Assembly: GCA_951406725.2 (NCBI GenBank)
Contig: OX597814.1
Span: 31,186,001 to 31,250,000 of the forward strand
DNA length: 64,000 nucleotides
Direction of reading: 5' to 3'
From: Octopus vulgaris
Taxonomy: Eukaryota
Shown here: positions 25,444-39,427 of the stretch, one piece after another
Layout of the letters: every line of letters starts with the position of its first letter
Position numbering within the stretch: position 1 is the first letter of the stretch
Position numbers and translations under genes: made by a program
The notes under the pieces: generated by a model
The model's database searches: none
Seen by the model: the letters and a program-made list of their open reading frames with translations, nothing else
What the model was told of the DNA's origin: nothing

Positions 25444-26694
25444 CATGTATGTGTGTATATCACGTATATATGTATATGGTATATGTAGGTATAAATGTAC
25501 TGTAAAAAGAAAGATAGCGAAAGAATGGTAGCGGGCGGAGATGAGAAAGAAAGAGAATAGGAAAGTCACACACAAATCATATATGCATAAAGGCATACGA
25601 ATACACGTAGTTTTAGATGAGGATAGTGGAAACCATCTGTTTTATTGCAACTATTTTCTTTTCATATACTTTCACCTTTCCTTAACATTTCTCCCCTTTT
25701 CTTTCATTTTCTTTCTCTCTCCAGTACAATAAAGAAAAATGATAAAAAAAAATTCCTAAAAAAAAAAATGCAATACATAGAATTATAGAAGAGAAAAAAA
25801 AACGATAACAACAAACAAACTATAAAACAACGAAAGAATAAACGTTTTGCCAAAAGAAGATAGAAGTAATTATTTTCTATTGTCTAGTAATTGCACTGCT
25901 TGCGAAGATCGTGCTAAAATTCCAATGCTTCTCACCGGTTCCCTGTCTTCCCTTCCAGATCGCTTGCTTTTGTGGTTGTGTTAAAAGATGAAACGGTATC
26001 GGTCTATTGAAAGCCTCAATGAACGACTGGGAGAAAATAAACCAAAAATATAGGTATTGTCAAAAATAGTTATCGTCGTAGTTCTTTGGCAAAAATCTTA
26101 TGATGTATTTTTTTCTCTTCCTTTTTTACTATTATTATAACCTCCATTTATATTAAACGACGTGTCCCCTTCTTTGCCTCCCTGCCCTTTGTCTCTTGTT
26201 TTTATTTTCTGTATGTATGTGAGGGTATGCGTGTATGTGTGTGAATATATATATATGTTGTCTTGCTTTTATAGTTTCTCAGTTTCTCAGTTTCTCAGGG
26301 CACACACTGAGGCATACACACAGAGACAGAATCACCACACTCATTCCAGTCTCTATCCCCGCATACTTGGATGTGTTATAGATATGAACACGCATTCGTA
26401 CACACAGACGTACAAAAGCAAACACAAATACCCACGCATTCATACATTTGGACTTAAGATATATATAGCACCACATATTTATTTATAACATCGCATGGGT
26501 TTATAGGCATTTAAAAGTATACAACATTTATGGGTGATTGTTCGGATAAAAATATAACTACGGTATTTACAGTTATATAAGCAAACACATTCACACATAC
26601 ACACAAATATGTGCATGTAATTCATGTATGTGTACACAGTATATGCAACCGCACACAAATACTCTCAAGCATGAATCTCTCTCTCCCTCTCCAT

Positions 26695-26754
<60 letters not shown>

Positions 26755-26850
26755 ATATATCTATCTATCTATATATCAATCAATCTATCTATCTATCATA
26801 TATATATCAATCAATCAATCAATTTATCTATCTATCTATCTATCTATCAT

Positions 26851-26906
<56 letters not shown>

Positions 26907-27153
26907 GACAAACATATTATATTATATATAATTTACATTGTATATGCAATATAACACACTTACATAACGTGAATTTGTATGTACATATTATTTATAATAT
27001 ATATCATATACAAACATGCACATACATCCTAACACATGCGTACATATTTATGTATGCAAATGTACATATATGCAATTGCATGTATATGCATTACTATATT
27101 TGCCTGTCTGTTAAACAGTCTTGTGTCTCTGTCTCTCTGTTTATCTAACTATG

Positions 27154-27196
<43 letters not shown>

Positions 27197-27465
27197 ATGT
27201 ACATATATATTACATATATTATACACAGACACACAAACGCACTCGCACACACACATGTATATACATATGTCACATAAACATATATATGCATGTATTATAA
27301 CGTACACCGGCATACATACGAACTTTTCTCTTCTCTCTCCTTTCCGACACTCTCGCACATAAATACATAACATATTTAAGTGTAGAGTTGATGCCCCCAA
27401 CTATACAATTTATGTCTGAACGTGCATATATGTATAAAATATTTGAATCTCTCTCTCTCTCTCTT

Positions 27466-27508
<43 letters not shown>

Positions 27509-28198
27509 ATTTTGTTCTCTGACCGTTAATGGCTTGAAAGCAATTTGCTAAACCAAGGATTGATCAGAAATGTATTTGATATCTTTAGAATATCCGATGA
27601 TACATAAAGGAAATATCTTTATAGTTAAGATAGTTGTGCAGGACCGTTGTAGGCAGAATAAATATCGACAGATCTATATTTGATACTATGTCGATTTTCC
27701 TTTCTGATTGTCTCTTTATCTCTGTATAGTATTGTCTATTCTCTTTTAGTCTGTCCGTCTCTTTCTTTATGATAATATGTATATTAAGTGTGAATGAACG
27801 TATGTTTGTGAAAGGAAATGTGTGTTTGTGTGAGTTATGATGCGTCTGTATTTATGCATATGCATGTATGTGGTGGCGGTAATCTTAGTTGTGGTAGTGG
27901 TGTGTGTGTGTGTGCGTGCGTGTGTGTGTTGTTTCCAGTCTGTTATATATGTCTGTATTTGCGTTTAAATACATATGTTACGTCACATAAAGGACTAAAC
28001 TGAATGCATGACTGCCACCATTTGCCAATTACATGTCTAGAAGATGGCCATTAGTCTAAATATAAGGATCGATATATTTACCAAAACTTTTTTTTAAGAT
28101 GCAAGAAGGGTTGAAGTTAAGGCATCAATAGGACCCAAAGACTATGAGTTTAAACCGCCACGAGAACCAAAGGGCTTGAATTAACAAGGAGTGGAAAG

Positions 28199-28430
28199 GG
28201 CGGCGAGCTGGCAGAATCGTTAGCACGCCGGGCGAAATGCGTAGCCGTATTTCGTCTGCCGTTACATTCTGAGTTCAAATTCCGCCGAGATTGACTTTGG
28301 CTTTCATCCTTTCGGGGTCGATAAATTAAGTACCAGTTACGCACTGGGGGGTCGATGTAATCGACTTAATCCGTTTGTCTGTCCTTGTTTGTCCCCTCTA
28401 TGTTTAGCCCCTTGTGGGTAGTAAAGAAAT
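28199..28430 (+). mobile_element. SINE family A, young full-length copy
   Basis: Perfect 13-bp TSD aaggagtggaaag at 28186-28198 and 28431-28443. Confidence 0.95.
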
Positions 28431-28559
28431 AAGGAGTGGAAAGCATTTTTATTTTGAAATTATTGTTAACTAGTTTATTTTTAGTTTTGGCTAGTTGATC
28501 CATTGATTTTGTCTATAACATTTCTTATAACTACGGCTTTAAAAATATTTTACAATTTT

Positions 28560-29610
28560 AATAGGGTTCTGTCCAGTAAATACTTACAAATATATATTGA
28601 ATTGTAGTGGAAAGATATCCATACGTTGTTTTCTGCTTAGTTGATACTGTTGCTTTCTTTTGAGTGTCATGCCGTGATGTAGGTTCATCTGGGATCTTTG
28701 ACGGCAAAGATCAAGGTATTTCTTGAAAATATTCACCCACACCCTATGTCGTTCTCTCAGGTGTTTTTTGGCAAGATATGTAACTGTCGTGACCCTTTGA
28801 ATTACAAACAATTGCAACACCTGGTCTTTACACCAGATGGGATAGGTGGGGACTTTGGAAGAGAGTAGAAGTATCCTTTTCGGGGACTGGTATAATTGCT
28901 ATGAAGTGTTGTAGCTTTATATCATGGATGGAAGCACTCCGTCGGTTACGACGACGAGGGTTCCGGTTGATCCGAATCAACGGAACAGCCTGCTCGTGAA
29001 ATTAACGTGCAAGTGGCTGAGCACTCCACAGACACGTGTACCCTTAACGTAGTTCTTGGGGGTATTCAGCGTGACACAGAGAGTGACTAAGGCCGGCCCT
29101 TTGAAATACAGGTACAACAGAAACAGGAAGTAAGAGTGAGAGAAAGTTGTGGTGAAAGAGTACAGCATGGATCACCACCATCCCCTGCCGGAGCCTCGCG
29201 GAGCTTTAGGTGTTTTCGCTCAATAAACACTCACAACGCCCGGTCTGGGAATCGAAACCGCGATCCTATGACCGCGAGTCCGCTGCCCTAACCACTGGGC
29301 CATTGCGCCTCCTCAGCTTTATATCAATATCTTGCATAAAGAGACTGGCATTTTTGTTCCAGGATCTTTTTCTGGATATCTTTCCAATTAGCTTTTTAAA
29401 AGTTCTGGTCGTAAAGGAATCATGTACTCCTTGTTAACTGCATGTGTAAAGTTTTCCTTAGAACATGCATTGTTAGTTCTACTAAATTATGGCCCGATAC
29501 AATTGTTGGTATTTCCTTAACATCATGTTACGCGCCGTATTATTTGTGAAAAAGAGGTTCAGTATATTGTTTGCTATCGTTGGTTGGAGTACTCCTTGTT
29601 CCATGTATAA
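28560..29610 (-). mobile_element. Internally deleted CR1-like LINE remnant (interrupted by SINE B)
   Basis: Minus strand near 29550-29605 reads MEQGVLQPTIANNILNLFFTNN (end of an AP-endonuclease domain); 28600-28860 resembles a CR1-group ORF2 C-terminus with frameshifts. Confidence 0.55.
28925..29314 (-). mobile_element. SINE family B
   Basis: Near-identical to 16906-17295; TSD agctttatatca at 28913-28924 and 29315-29326. Confidence 0.93.
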
Positions 29611-29773
29611 TATGTTAGCTTTACCACATTTTAAGTAAGTCTTCATAATTTAGATTCTACTGGAATGTTTTCGATTATAATCAATAGTAACAATTATTTC
29701 GTAGGGTTTTCATTACATTAATATATATAATGAAGTATTTTTTTGCTTTTCATTATAAAACATTATATAAACA

Positions 29774-30192
29774 GGCGCAGGAGTGGCTGTGTGGTAAGTA
29801 GCTTGCTAACCAACCACATGGTTCCGGGTTCAGTCCCACTGCTGGCATCTTGGGCAAGTGTCTTCTGCTATGGCCCCGGGCCGACCAATGCCTTGTGAGT
29901 GGATTTGGTAGACGGAAACTCAAAGAAGCCTGTCGTATATATGTATATATATATATATATGTGCGTGTTTGTGTGTCTGTGTTTGTCCCCCTAGCATTGC
30001 TTGACAACCGATGCTGGTGTGTTTACGTCCCCGTCACTTAGCGGTTCGGCAAAAGAGATCGATAGAATAAGTACTTGGCTTACAAAGAATAAGTCCCGGG
30101 GTCGATTTGCTCGACTAAAAAGGCGGTGCTCCAGCATGGCCGCAGTCAAATGACTGAAACAAGTAAAAGAGTAAAAAGAGTAAAAGAGTAAA
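29774..30192 (+). mobile_element. SINE family D, young copy
   Basis: ggcgcaggagtggctgtgtggtaag.. through a (gtaaaaga)n tail; near-identical to 30892 (reverse complement) and 31738. Confidence 0.93.
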
Positions 30193-30557
30193 CATTTCCT
30201 GAAATGCAAAAGTAGACCTTTGTCTTCTGTCGGAAGGTTATGACAATGTGGAAGAGAGGTTCGTGACATTGCTTGCGAGAATGCATTTATTCGTAGTTTT
30301 CATCTATATTTTTTTTTAAATTACCGTTCGATAGATGTTAGCTATATACAATTGATTAGATATTTACAAGTTTTTTTGCATAATAATAATAATTATTATG
30401 ATCGTAATGTATAGAATATTTTTTGAAAATATTTGACTATTTATGAACTAATACAAATTGTTGTTTGCATAATTTGTTCAGTGAAAAGGTGAATATTTTA
30501 AGTTGAAAGAAAGGAAACACTCTGTTGCAGGTTTGTACACTGAAAACGAAAAAAAAA

Positions 30558-30699
30558 GCGTGGCTATGTAGTCAGCGGTTTGCTCTCCTGTCACATGTCT
30601 CCGAGGTAATTTCCACTGCGTAGCATTTTAGGCAAATGCCTTCTACTATAATATCGGTCGACCAAGCTTTGTAAGCGGATTTGATAGATGAAACCCGTC

Positions 30700-30740
<41 letters not shown>

Positions 30741-30846
30741 TATACATATATACATATACATACACACACACGCACACACTCACACACGAACACACACACA
30801 CACATATACATATACATATATATACACACACATACAGAAACCCTTC

Positions 30847-30888
<42 letters not shown>

Positions 30889-31305
30889 ATACTCTTACTC
30901 TCTCTTTTCTCTTTTACTTGTTTCAGTCATTTGACTGCGGCCATGCTGGAGCACCACCTTTAGTCGAGCAAATCGACCCCGGGACTCATTCTTTGTAAGC
31001 CCAGTACTTATTCTATCGGTCTCTTTTGCCGAACCGCTAAATGACGGGGACGTAAACACACTAGCATCGGTTGTCAAGCAATGCTAGGGGGACAAACACA
31101 GGCACACAAACATATACACACACACATATATATATACATATATACGGCGGGCTTCTTTCAGTTTCCGTCTACCAAATCCACTCACAAGGCATTGGTCGGC
31201 CCGGGGCTATAGCAGAAGACACTTGCCCAAGATGCCACGCAGTGGGCCTGAACCCGGAACCATGTGGTTGGTTAGCAAGCTACTTACCACACAGCCACTC
31301 CTGCG

Positions 31306-31394
<89 letters not shown>

Positions 31395-31418
31395 TCATAT
31401 ATGTATCTATTATGTGTC

Positions 31419-31482
<64 letters not shown>

Positions 31483-31705
31483 TAGCTATATATGTATATC
31501 TATGTGTTTGCGCTCCCACTGCTTGATAAGCAGGGTTGTTTGTTTACATTCCCGTTATATAGTAGTTTGACAAAGATATCTGATAGAACAAGTACCAGGC
31601 GTTAAAAATGTAAGTATTAGAGTCGATTTGTTTGACTAAAGCTCTTCAAAGTGGTGTCCCAGTATGGCCGTAATCCAGCGACCGAAGGAGTAAATGACAA
31701 AAGAT
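30558..31705 (+). mobile_element. Old SINE family D copy whose microsatellite hosts a younger inverted D copy
   Basis: Diverged head at 30558-30700 (ends aaacccgtcg) and diverged tail at ~31500-31705 (gcttgataa..gtcgatttgtttgactaa..cagtatggccg) bracket the insert. Confidence 0.7.
30892..31307 (-). mobile_element. SINE family D, young copy (inverted)
   Basis: Reverse complement of 29774 and 31738; embedded in (TA)n on both sides. Confidence 0.93.
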
Positions 31706-31737
31706 TGGTTAAAAGCAGTATGAAATAAATATTTCCA

Positions 31738-32144
31738 GGCGCAGGAGTGGCTGTGTGGAAAGTAGCTTGCTTACCAGCCACATGGTTCCAGGTTCAGTCC
31801 CACTGCGTGGCATCTTGGGCAAGTGTCTTCTGCTATAGCCCCGGGCCGACCAATGCCTTGTGAGTAGATTTGGTAGACGGAAACTGAAAGAAGCCCGTCG
31901 TATATATATATATGTGTGTGCGTGTGTATGTTTGTGTGTCTGTGTTTGTCCCCCTAGCATTGCTTGACAACCGATGCTGGTGTGTTTACGTCCCCGTCAC
32001 TTAGCGGTTCGGCCAAAGAGACCGATAGAATAAGTACTGGGCTTACAAAGAATAAGTCCCGGGGTCGATTTGCTCGACTAAAGGCGGTGCTCCAGCATGG
32101 CCGCAGTCACATGACTGAAACAAGTAAAAAAAAAAAAAGAAAAA
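31738..32144 (+). mobile_element. SINE family D, young copy
   Basis: Full head, internal microsatellite, tail and A-rich end. Confidence 0.93.
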
Positions 32145-33051
32145 AGATTAGTGTTTTAATGTTTTCATATTAATATTCAGTTTTACTAGTGATGTGTGTC
32201 TTGGAATTTGCAACTAGATATAAACCTACCTAAGTTATTTATTCTGTTGTCTATGATTCAGACAAGTGCTATATCTCCTTGGATATAACAAGATAGGAGA
32301 ACTACAAATAACTGGAGTTATAAGTTGGCAGTGCGGTTGGGTGGAAAAATATGGCAAACCTCCTAATATTGTAGTCAACCGAATCTTTCCTCCATTTCTA
32401 AATTATCTTAGATGAAAAAGTGCTACTAGCTCTAGCTTCGATTCTGAAAGTCATATTATGATCAAACAGCCTTGATTTGAAAGTGTAACTACGTACACGT
32501 ATCGAACCTGATATGCAGTAACTATACATTGATAAGTAATTTTGTCCACAGTGGGGAATGTACAAATGCAATTTCACAATCTATTTGAGGGTCCACAATC
32601 TATTTAAGTCTCAGGCAGCTGTGCCCTGTGTTACCAGCACTTTGTCTAAACTTGCAACATACCTGCAAATTTATCCGTGGCAGGAAAAGTAAGATTATCA
32701 AAGGTAGTTCTATTGCCGCTGTTTTCATTCAGAAGTTTACCGTGCGCAGGTTCTGCGTCGCATTCACGTACGTTTTAGTGAATGGAATGCGGAAAGGATT
32801 GAAAGTTGACATTACAAAGGTTTTTGTCTGGTTTGTGATGTTCGTGGAATGAGTTGTTATTTAACTCTGATGTAATGGTTTTTTAATCGTGCATTTTTTA
32901 AATTCATTCAATCTCACTTACTACGTCCATGGATATAGAAGAGATCATTGCCTTCATAAAAGCTGTCTAGGAGTATAGAGAAATTATCATGTAAGCAACG
33001 TAGAATGTTCGTCCCCACGTGGTTTGTCACACACACACAAACACACACACA

Positions 33052-33124
<73 letters not shown>

Positions 33125-33387
33125 ACACACACACATATATACACACACAAAGTACATACAGTTCGTGGACAAGTATAGAATAGTTTATTAATAAAGAGAA
33201 AAGTTATCGGAAGTTTTAAAATATCGTTCTTTAGTATATTTAAATATAAGGTTTATGAATTTTCTTAAGCAAAAGAAATATTACATAATTCTTTTTTTTT
33301 TTTGTCTATTGATGAAATTCAGTCATCTGTATCACTGTCGAAATATGTGACCATACTGACTGGCCGACATGTCGGTTTCCACTGTAA

Positions 33388-33622
33388 GGCGGCAAGCTGG
33401 CAGAAACGTTAGCACGCCGGGCGAAATGCTTAGCGGTATTTCGTCTGCCGTTACGTTGTGAGTTCAAATTCCGCCGAGGTCGACTTTGCCTTTCATCCTT
33501 TCGGGGTCGATAAATTAAGTACCAGTTAAGTACCACTGGGGTCGATGTAATCGACTTAATACCTATGTCTGTCATTGTTTGTCCCCTCTGTGTTTAGCCC
33601 CTTGTGGGTAATAAAGAAATAA
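33388..33622 (+). mobile_element. SINE family A
   Basis: Full length; TSD gtttccactg at 33375-33384 and 33623-33632. Confidence 0.92.
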
Positions 33623-34035
33623 GTTTCCACTGACAAGTCAACGAGGTCATTTGACTAGAGAAGACTTGTTTTCAGTCAAAATTTCAGTAAAAGAATTTTG
33701 AAGTTTCTCGTAAAATATTTTCATCTATGTAAAGTATGTATATCAATTAGTGCCCAGGTGCACATATACATGCACATTTGTGCCATGGAAATTGTTGATT
33801 AGCTAATTTCTATTCTATATTTCTCTCATTAGAAATATCCCTGAAAGTTAACACCTATTCACATGGAATGATACATATGGATGGTAAACTGTTAAAACAA
33901 TGATGTTAGAAACATCGGTATGATTCTAATTTGGCTTTGACGTTCGAATCTCCTCCGTGACTTCTCTGAATCTGTACATAAATATGGACAGACATTCTGC
34001 CTGTATGTGTGCGTGCGTGTGTGTGAGAGAGGAAG

Positions 34036-34069
<34 letters not shown>

Positions 34070-34419
34070 TAAGAGAGAGAGAGAGGAGGAGGAGGAGGCA
34101 GAATGTCTGTCCATTTTTATGATGAATGTTTCTTTGCGTGGTGTTCGCTGGGATTTTAAAAGTATTTACTCGTATATATTATATGATTGTAATAATCTTA
34201 CTGTTCAATATTATAATTTTTAAAAATTTTAGATTACTATTTTGTATGGTATATGCCTCACAGCATGGTTTTGGAAGCGTTCTTCATTGACTGAGTTGTG
34301 GAATGGTGGTTCGTCACTAAATTAGATATATACATATATTATATATTACGAAATTCGGTCTGATATTATTATACTGAATTTTACCTGTAAGGCTGGAATA
34401 ATAATTTATTCCCTGATAT

Positions 34420-34502
<83 letters not shown>

Positions 34503-34511
34503 CGTTACACA

Positions 34512-34695
34512 GTTAATCCAAACATGAAAACGCAAAGAGAAAACACAACAACGTGAGGACGTGGAACAAGTATAGTGTTATTGGACGCTCAGGAAAGAAG
34601 GAAAGAAGGATGGTTTAACGTTTCGAGTGGAACACTTCGTCAGCAACATAGGAAAAGGAAAGATCCATAGAAGGAAAGACGCTGGAAAAAAATCC
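34512..34695 (-). mobile_element. Short non-coding hammerhead-bearing repeat (Penelope pseudo-LTR-like), next to (TA)n
   Basis: A second copy at 60409-60523 shares gttaatc.aaac.tgaaaac..aaacacaacaacg..aggacgt.gaacaa.tatagtgttattggac.ctcaggaaag; contains the hammerhead below. Confidence 0.7.
34612..34647 (-). ncRNA. Minimal hammerhead ribozyme motif
   Basis: Minus strand reads gttg-CTGACGA-agtg(ttc)cact-c-GAAAC-GTT-aaacc: intact core boxes, 4-bp stem II, loopless palindromic stem III (AACGTT), and stem I gtt/aac with one mismatch at the first position. Confidence 0.65.
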
Positions 34696-35555
34696 ATTTA
34701 TGTTGGAAACATCTTAATTTTTCATGCTTGATCACATAGAGAAATTGGTGTTCGTCTATATTTTGGATTAAAAGGCTGCGATTAAGGCTACGAAAAAAAT
34801 GGTTGCCTTAATATACAAAAAAAGAATCTTTATCCACCAATGCGGCGTTGAGCAATCATTCTCATTATTCGATATTTCCGTAAGTATATATGTCTAAATG
34901 ATCCAGACAATTTAAAAATATTTTTCAAGACAGGGAGATGATAAATGTGTTCTGGATATTCTGACATTTTGAATATCACTAGGTTCATCAACAATTTTTT
35001 TTTTGTAAAATGTAGACACTTGTGAGAGAATCAAATACCCATATGGAACATATGAATAGAATTCTTTTAGTATTACATTGGCCATTAATATTTCTGTCAA
35101 TGACTACGAGGCATCAGTGATTCGATTTAAATAAAGAAAAGATAAAATTATTTCACTTTGCAAATTTGCCAACATTCCAGCGATTTCTGTGTAAACATAC
35201 TGATCGATTATGGCTATGCTGTTAAGGAATTGGTATCTCTGTAACAAAATAAATTACTGAAAATAAAATTAAAATTAAAGATAATCAATAGATAAATAGA
35301 TAAAAAAGATCAAATTTCCTTCTTGAGCCATAGATTCATAAGCTTGGTTTCCCTGATTTTGTGGCATATATGTTACGATCACGAGTGTAACACCCTAACC
35401 AATAAACTGCATTTCTCCACGTTTATACGTATATATGTATATACATACATACATACATACATACATACATACATACATACATACATACATACGTTATACA
35501 TATGTATGCATGTGTGTATATACATACATATATTATTATTATTATTATTATTATT

Positions 35556-35851
35556 TAGTAGTTTTATTTTTATAGCGTGCTTTCACTTCACTACCGAGCG
35601 CAGCTCTGTGTGCCTTGGGTATGTGCTGTGATTTGTTGTGATGCCTTGATGGTTATTGTATGGAAAGTGTTCTGCGTAGGATGTGTGCAGTGCCTAGTAG
35701 TGCAATTTTCTGTATGTTATATGTGTTTGTAAGTCCTGGTGTTTTTGTTATGTATTTGTCTGAATATTTTTTTATCATGCCTAATGCACCTACTATGATA
35801 GGGATTGTTTCTGTTTTCAGATTCCACATTCTAGTTACCTCTATTTCCAGG
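35556..35851 (-). mobile_element. R4/Dong-type 3' fragment inside (ATT)n
   Basis: Minus strand encodes LEIEVTRMWNLKTETIPIIVGALGMIKK..IQKIALLGTAHILRRTLSIQ plus 3' UTR; same family as 44783; flanked by tta-type repeats on both sides. Confidence 0.88.
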
Positions 35852-35928
35852 TATTATTTATTATTTATTATTACTATTTATTATTACTATTTATTACTAT
35901 GTATTATTACTATTTATTATTATTATTA

Positions 35929-36007
<79 letters not shown>

Positions 36008-36429
36008 GTTAGGAATAATCATCTTTTATATTTATAAATAATTTCTCTGGTTCGTTTGTTTCAATTGTATCCGGGCACTCAAACGAATTACAGGAAATGT
36101 TGTGGTGAATATTAGTAGTTGTCTTTTGCAGATCTAACTGAAGAGAATCAGGTGCTTTTGACGCTAAATTCTAAATCATGATATTCCTTCTGCAACCTTT
36201 GCAGAGGTAAGACGCTATTCTTATTCACAATCATGCCTATATTCATTTCCCTATCATGCCTATATTCATTTAGTGATTCTTCTGTGGTTTAGGAGTATTT
36301 TGACTTCTAGTTTAGCGAAACAGGTGCTTATTTAGTTCCCTAGTATATATAAGTATATTTATATATCTTATTTATAATTATTAAATTTGCCTATACGGCT
36401 TTTATGCACACGGCCACTAGCGTTCTAGT

Positions 36430-36464
<35 letters not shown>

Positions 36465-36469
36465 CATAT

Positions 36470-36514
<45 letters not shown>

Positions 36515-36531
36515 CATACATACATATATAC

Positions 36532-36583
<52 letters not shown>

Positions 36584-39024
36584 GTATGTATTATAACTGT
36601 ATAACTTTGAAAACATAAGACATCGATTCTCCTTTGATCACCAAGTTAAAAAATGGTGAGCCTAGTTAGTACTTATGTATGTTACTACTTGGATGACGTT
36701 AGTTCTGTGAGCATTTTTTAAATCATGGCATTGTCCCTGCATGGCAAGTCAACCTCGGTAAAAGAAATAAAATTAAAATAAAAGTATATACACTTGGACG
36801 TACATACACGCTATGTGAAGATATTCCTCCGTCTTCTTTAAGTAAACACGTGCATCATCTATGACAATGACCGTTCTATTACACTCAGCCATTGCGCCCC
36901 AGAACATGCATTTATACTCATAAATATCTTTAATCTCTCACTCACTATGGGAATATACCCTGATATCTGAAACCGTATTCACTGCGTTCCATTCGAAGGA
37001 AGTTTTTTTACTACTTCATCCCAGACAGCCATCTTCTATTGCTCTCATTTCTAGCAGTTTCCAGCAATCGAGACAATCATTAACAGTGACATTATCCATT
37101 ACCTTCAGACTCTCTCTTTCTACTCGGTTCTCCACTTGCATCCTCCTCTCTTATATATGTTACCACTGGGTTTTGGTATTAGAGAACCTCGGTGAAAGCA
37201 ATGTTATTGCTCTTGGCATCAGCGAAGTATTCGATCCTGCCTGGGATGTAAATCTTTCAAAACGTCCCAATTTTATAATCTACCACTCTCTTATCCTCTT
37301 ATCTCTTGAATCGTTAGCTTCCTATCAGATCGCACTATTTCTGCCCAAGAAACGAGCAATTCTGATGCTCCACCGACTGCGGTTTTGTCCACACTATTCC
37401 TTCTTTTATCCTTCGTGTTGCCATATCTAACAAGTAACTCTTCATTTCATAACTCTCTAACTTTTCCTGATCAAGCATCATTCACTGGCATTCTACACAT
37501 TACCTGACAAGCCTGCAGTGATTCCATAAACGAAAAGCGTTATTCCCTGGGATCTTGCTAGCGTTGTCTCCTTTAACAACAAACTTCAAACATTATTCAT
37601 ATGAAGAAAACACCACAACACCACACACCCTCTAAACATGTACTGCTCGTAGCTACAGCTTCCAGAGTTGCTTCGGCAGTTGGGCTTTCCTAACGAAAGT
37701 ATGCCTTTAGTATAGCTAGGGCCATATCCCAAAGACTGCCCATTTTGTTCAGGCCCAAGACACTCTACAACGCATAAGTGAGATCTACAAAGGTGTACAA
37801 CACTCACAACCTGGGGCAGTTCTAATGATACGCAGGCATACCTCTCCGACCGCATGCAAAGAGGGTCACTTGACTAACTGATAGTTAATCACTAACAATA
37901 CATACCAGCCTCTGATCCACAAGCCTGCTGTCTCTTCTCCCTAACATTTTATAGCTACTATAATCGCCTCTACTACTCGAAGCCAGCTGATCTCAAATTT
38001 CTTCCACGCAAGCACTTCGGAGACATTTATCTGTTCACATAGCATCATTCAGTTTGCATCCATCCCCACAACTGCAGTATCCACTTTTTGCAGTCGTTCT
38101 TTCAAGATCATCGACCCTTTAGAATCTGTTTCCTGCTCATGTATTTTTCTCGCAGCTGTTGGCCTGCGACTGTTTATGTAACACAGGAAGGGCATCAACT
38201 ACAAAATAGCAAAGATAGTATTTATATTTTATTCTAATTTTGATTTTAAATCAAAATCGTAACGAAATAGAAAATAAAAATAAAAATTGTATATATCTAA
38301 ATGCTAAAAGGACTTGTGACTCTCTATGGTTATAGACCATTCTTATGCAGCAAGAGAATAGACACATATTTCTAAGACGAAATTAACTCATGGTTGGGGG
38401 TCTATGATTAAAGAACATAATTAAATTATATTGTAAGCATATTATTAAATAATATAATACCGAATGCTCGACGACACAGACACGATGCCAATCCAATCAA
38501 TTCTAATCTAAGTGAAGCAATTCAATAATACAATCGAATGTCGCTTTCTTTTATTCACAGAGAAATCTTAAATATAACTTTAATTCTTCAACATTATTTC
38601 CAGGTAATAATAGAAAAGCTAAGGGCTCTAAAATGCTATTCATATGACTTTTATATTAGGCCTGTTGTTCATTTAATGATTATGGAACACTAGCAACATA
38701 AAGTGAATACTATTGTTTATTAATTTCAAATAAAGAATTCACTAAATTTCTTTAATGCACATATTCCGTACATATTCCGTATTACCATTATATAGTAATA
38801 TAATCTCCAGGCCGAATGTCTGTGGATATGTCAGGTTCTGTACTAATATCTACTTTTTAATTCCCTTGAGTCATTAGAATAAAAGATGAAGTGAGTCATT
38901 AAATTGTAATTTGATCAGCACCATCTTAAAAATAAGTGAAGTGACTCGACTGCAATGTTCATACACGTATACACACATACTGTCGCAACACATTCGGTCC
39001 ATTCACAAAGAAAATATCACTAAC

Positions 39025-39427
39025 CGTGGTGGTTGTGTGGTAAGAAGCTTGCTTCCTAACCACATGGTTTCACTTTTAGTCACTGCGTGACCTCATGGCC
39101 AAGTATCTTCTACTATAGTCTCGGGCCGACCAAAGCCTTGTGGCTGGATTTGGTAGTAGACGGAAACTGAGAGAAACTCGTCGTGTATATGTGTATGTGT
39201 CTGTGTGTGCGTATGTGAGTATGTGTGAGCGTGTGTGTGTGTGTGAGTATGTATGTGTGTGCGCGCGGGAGTTTCTTAATGACTGTGTTGGTTTGCTTAC
39301 GTCCCCGTAAGCAAACTTAAAGAAAAATATAAGTACTGGGATGAAGTTATTCGATTGAAGGTTCTTCAAAGCTGTACCCCAGTATGGCCGCAGTCCAATG
39401 CCTGAAACAGATAAAAGATAAAAATGA
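39025..39427 (+). mobile_element. Diverged SINE family D
   Basis: gtgtggtaagaagcttgctt..cgggccgaccaaagccttgtg..gacggaaactg..(TG)n..ccagtatggccgcagtc..gaaacagataaaagataaaa. Confidence 0.82.

Noticed and set aside
25940-26060. Possible + strand exon (cttcccttccag acceptor, 21-codon ORF, tag|gtattg donor)
   Set aside because: Weak donor, the ORF stops at the boundary, and there are no partner exons or homology; not supportable.
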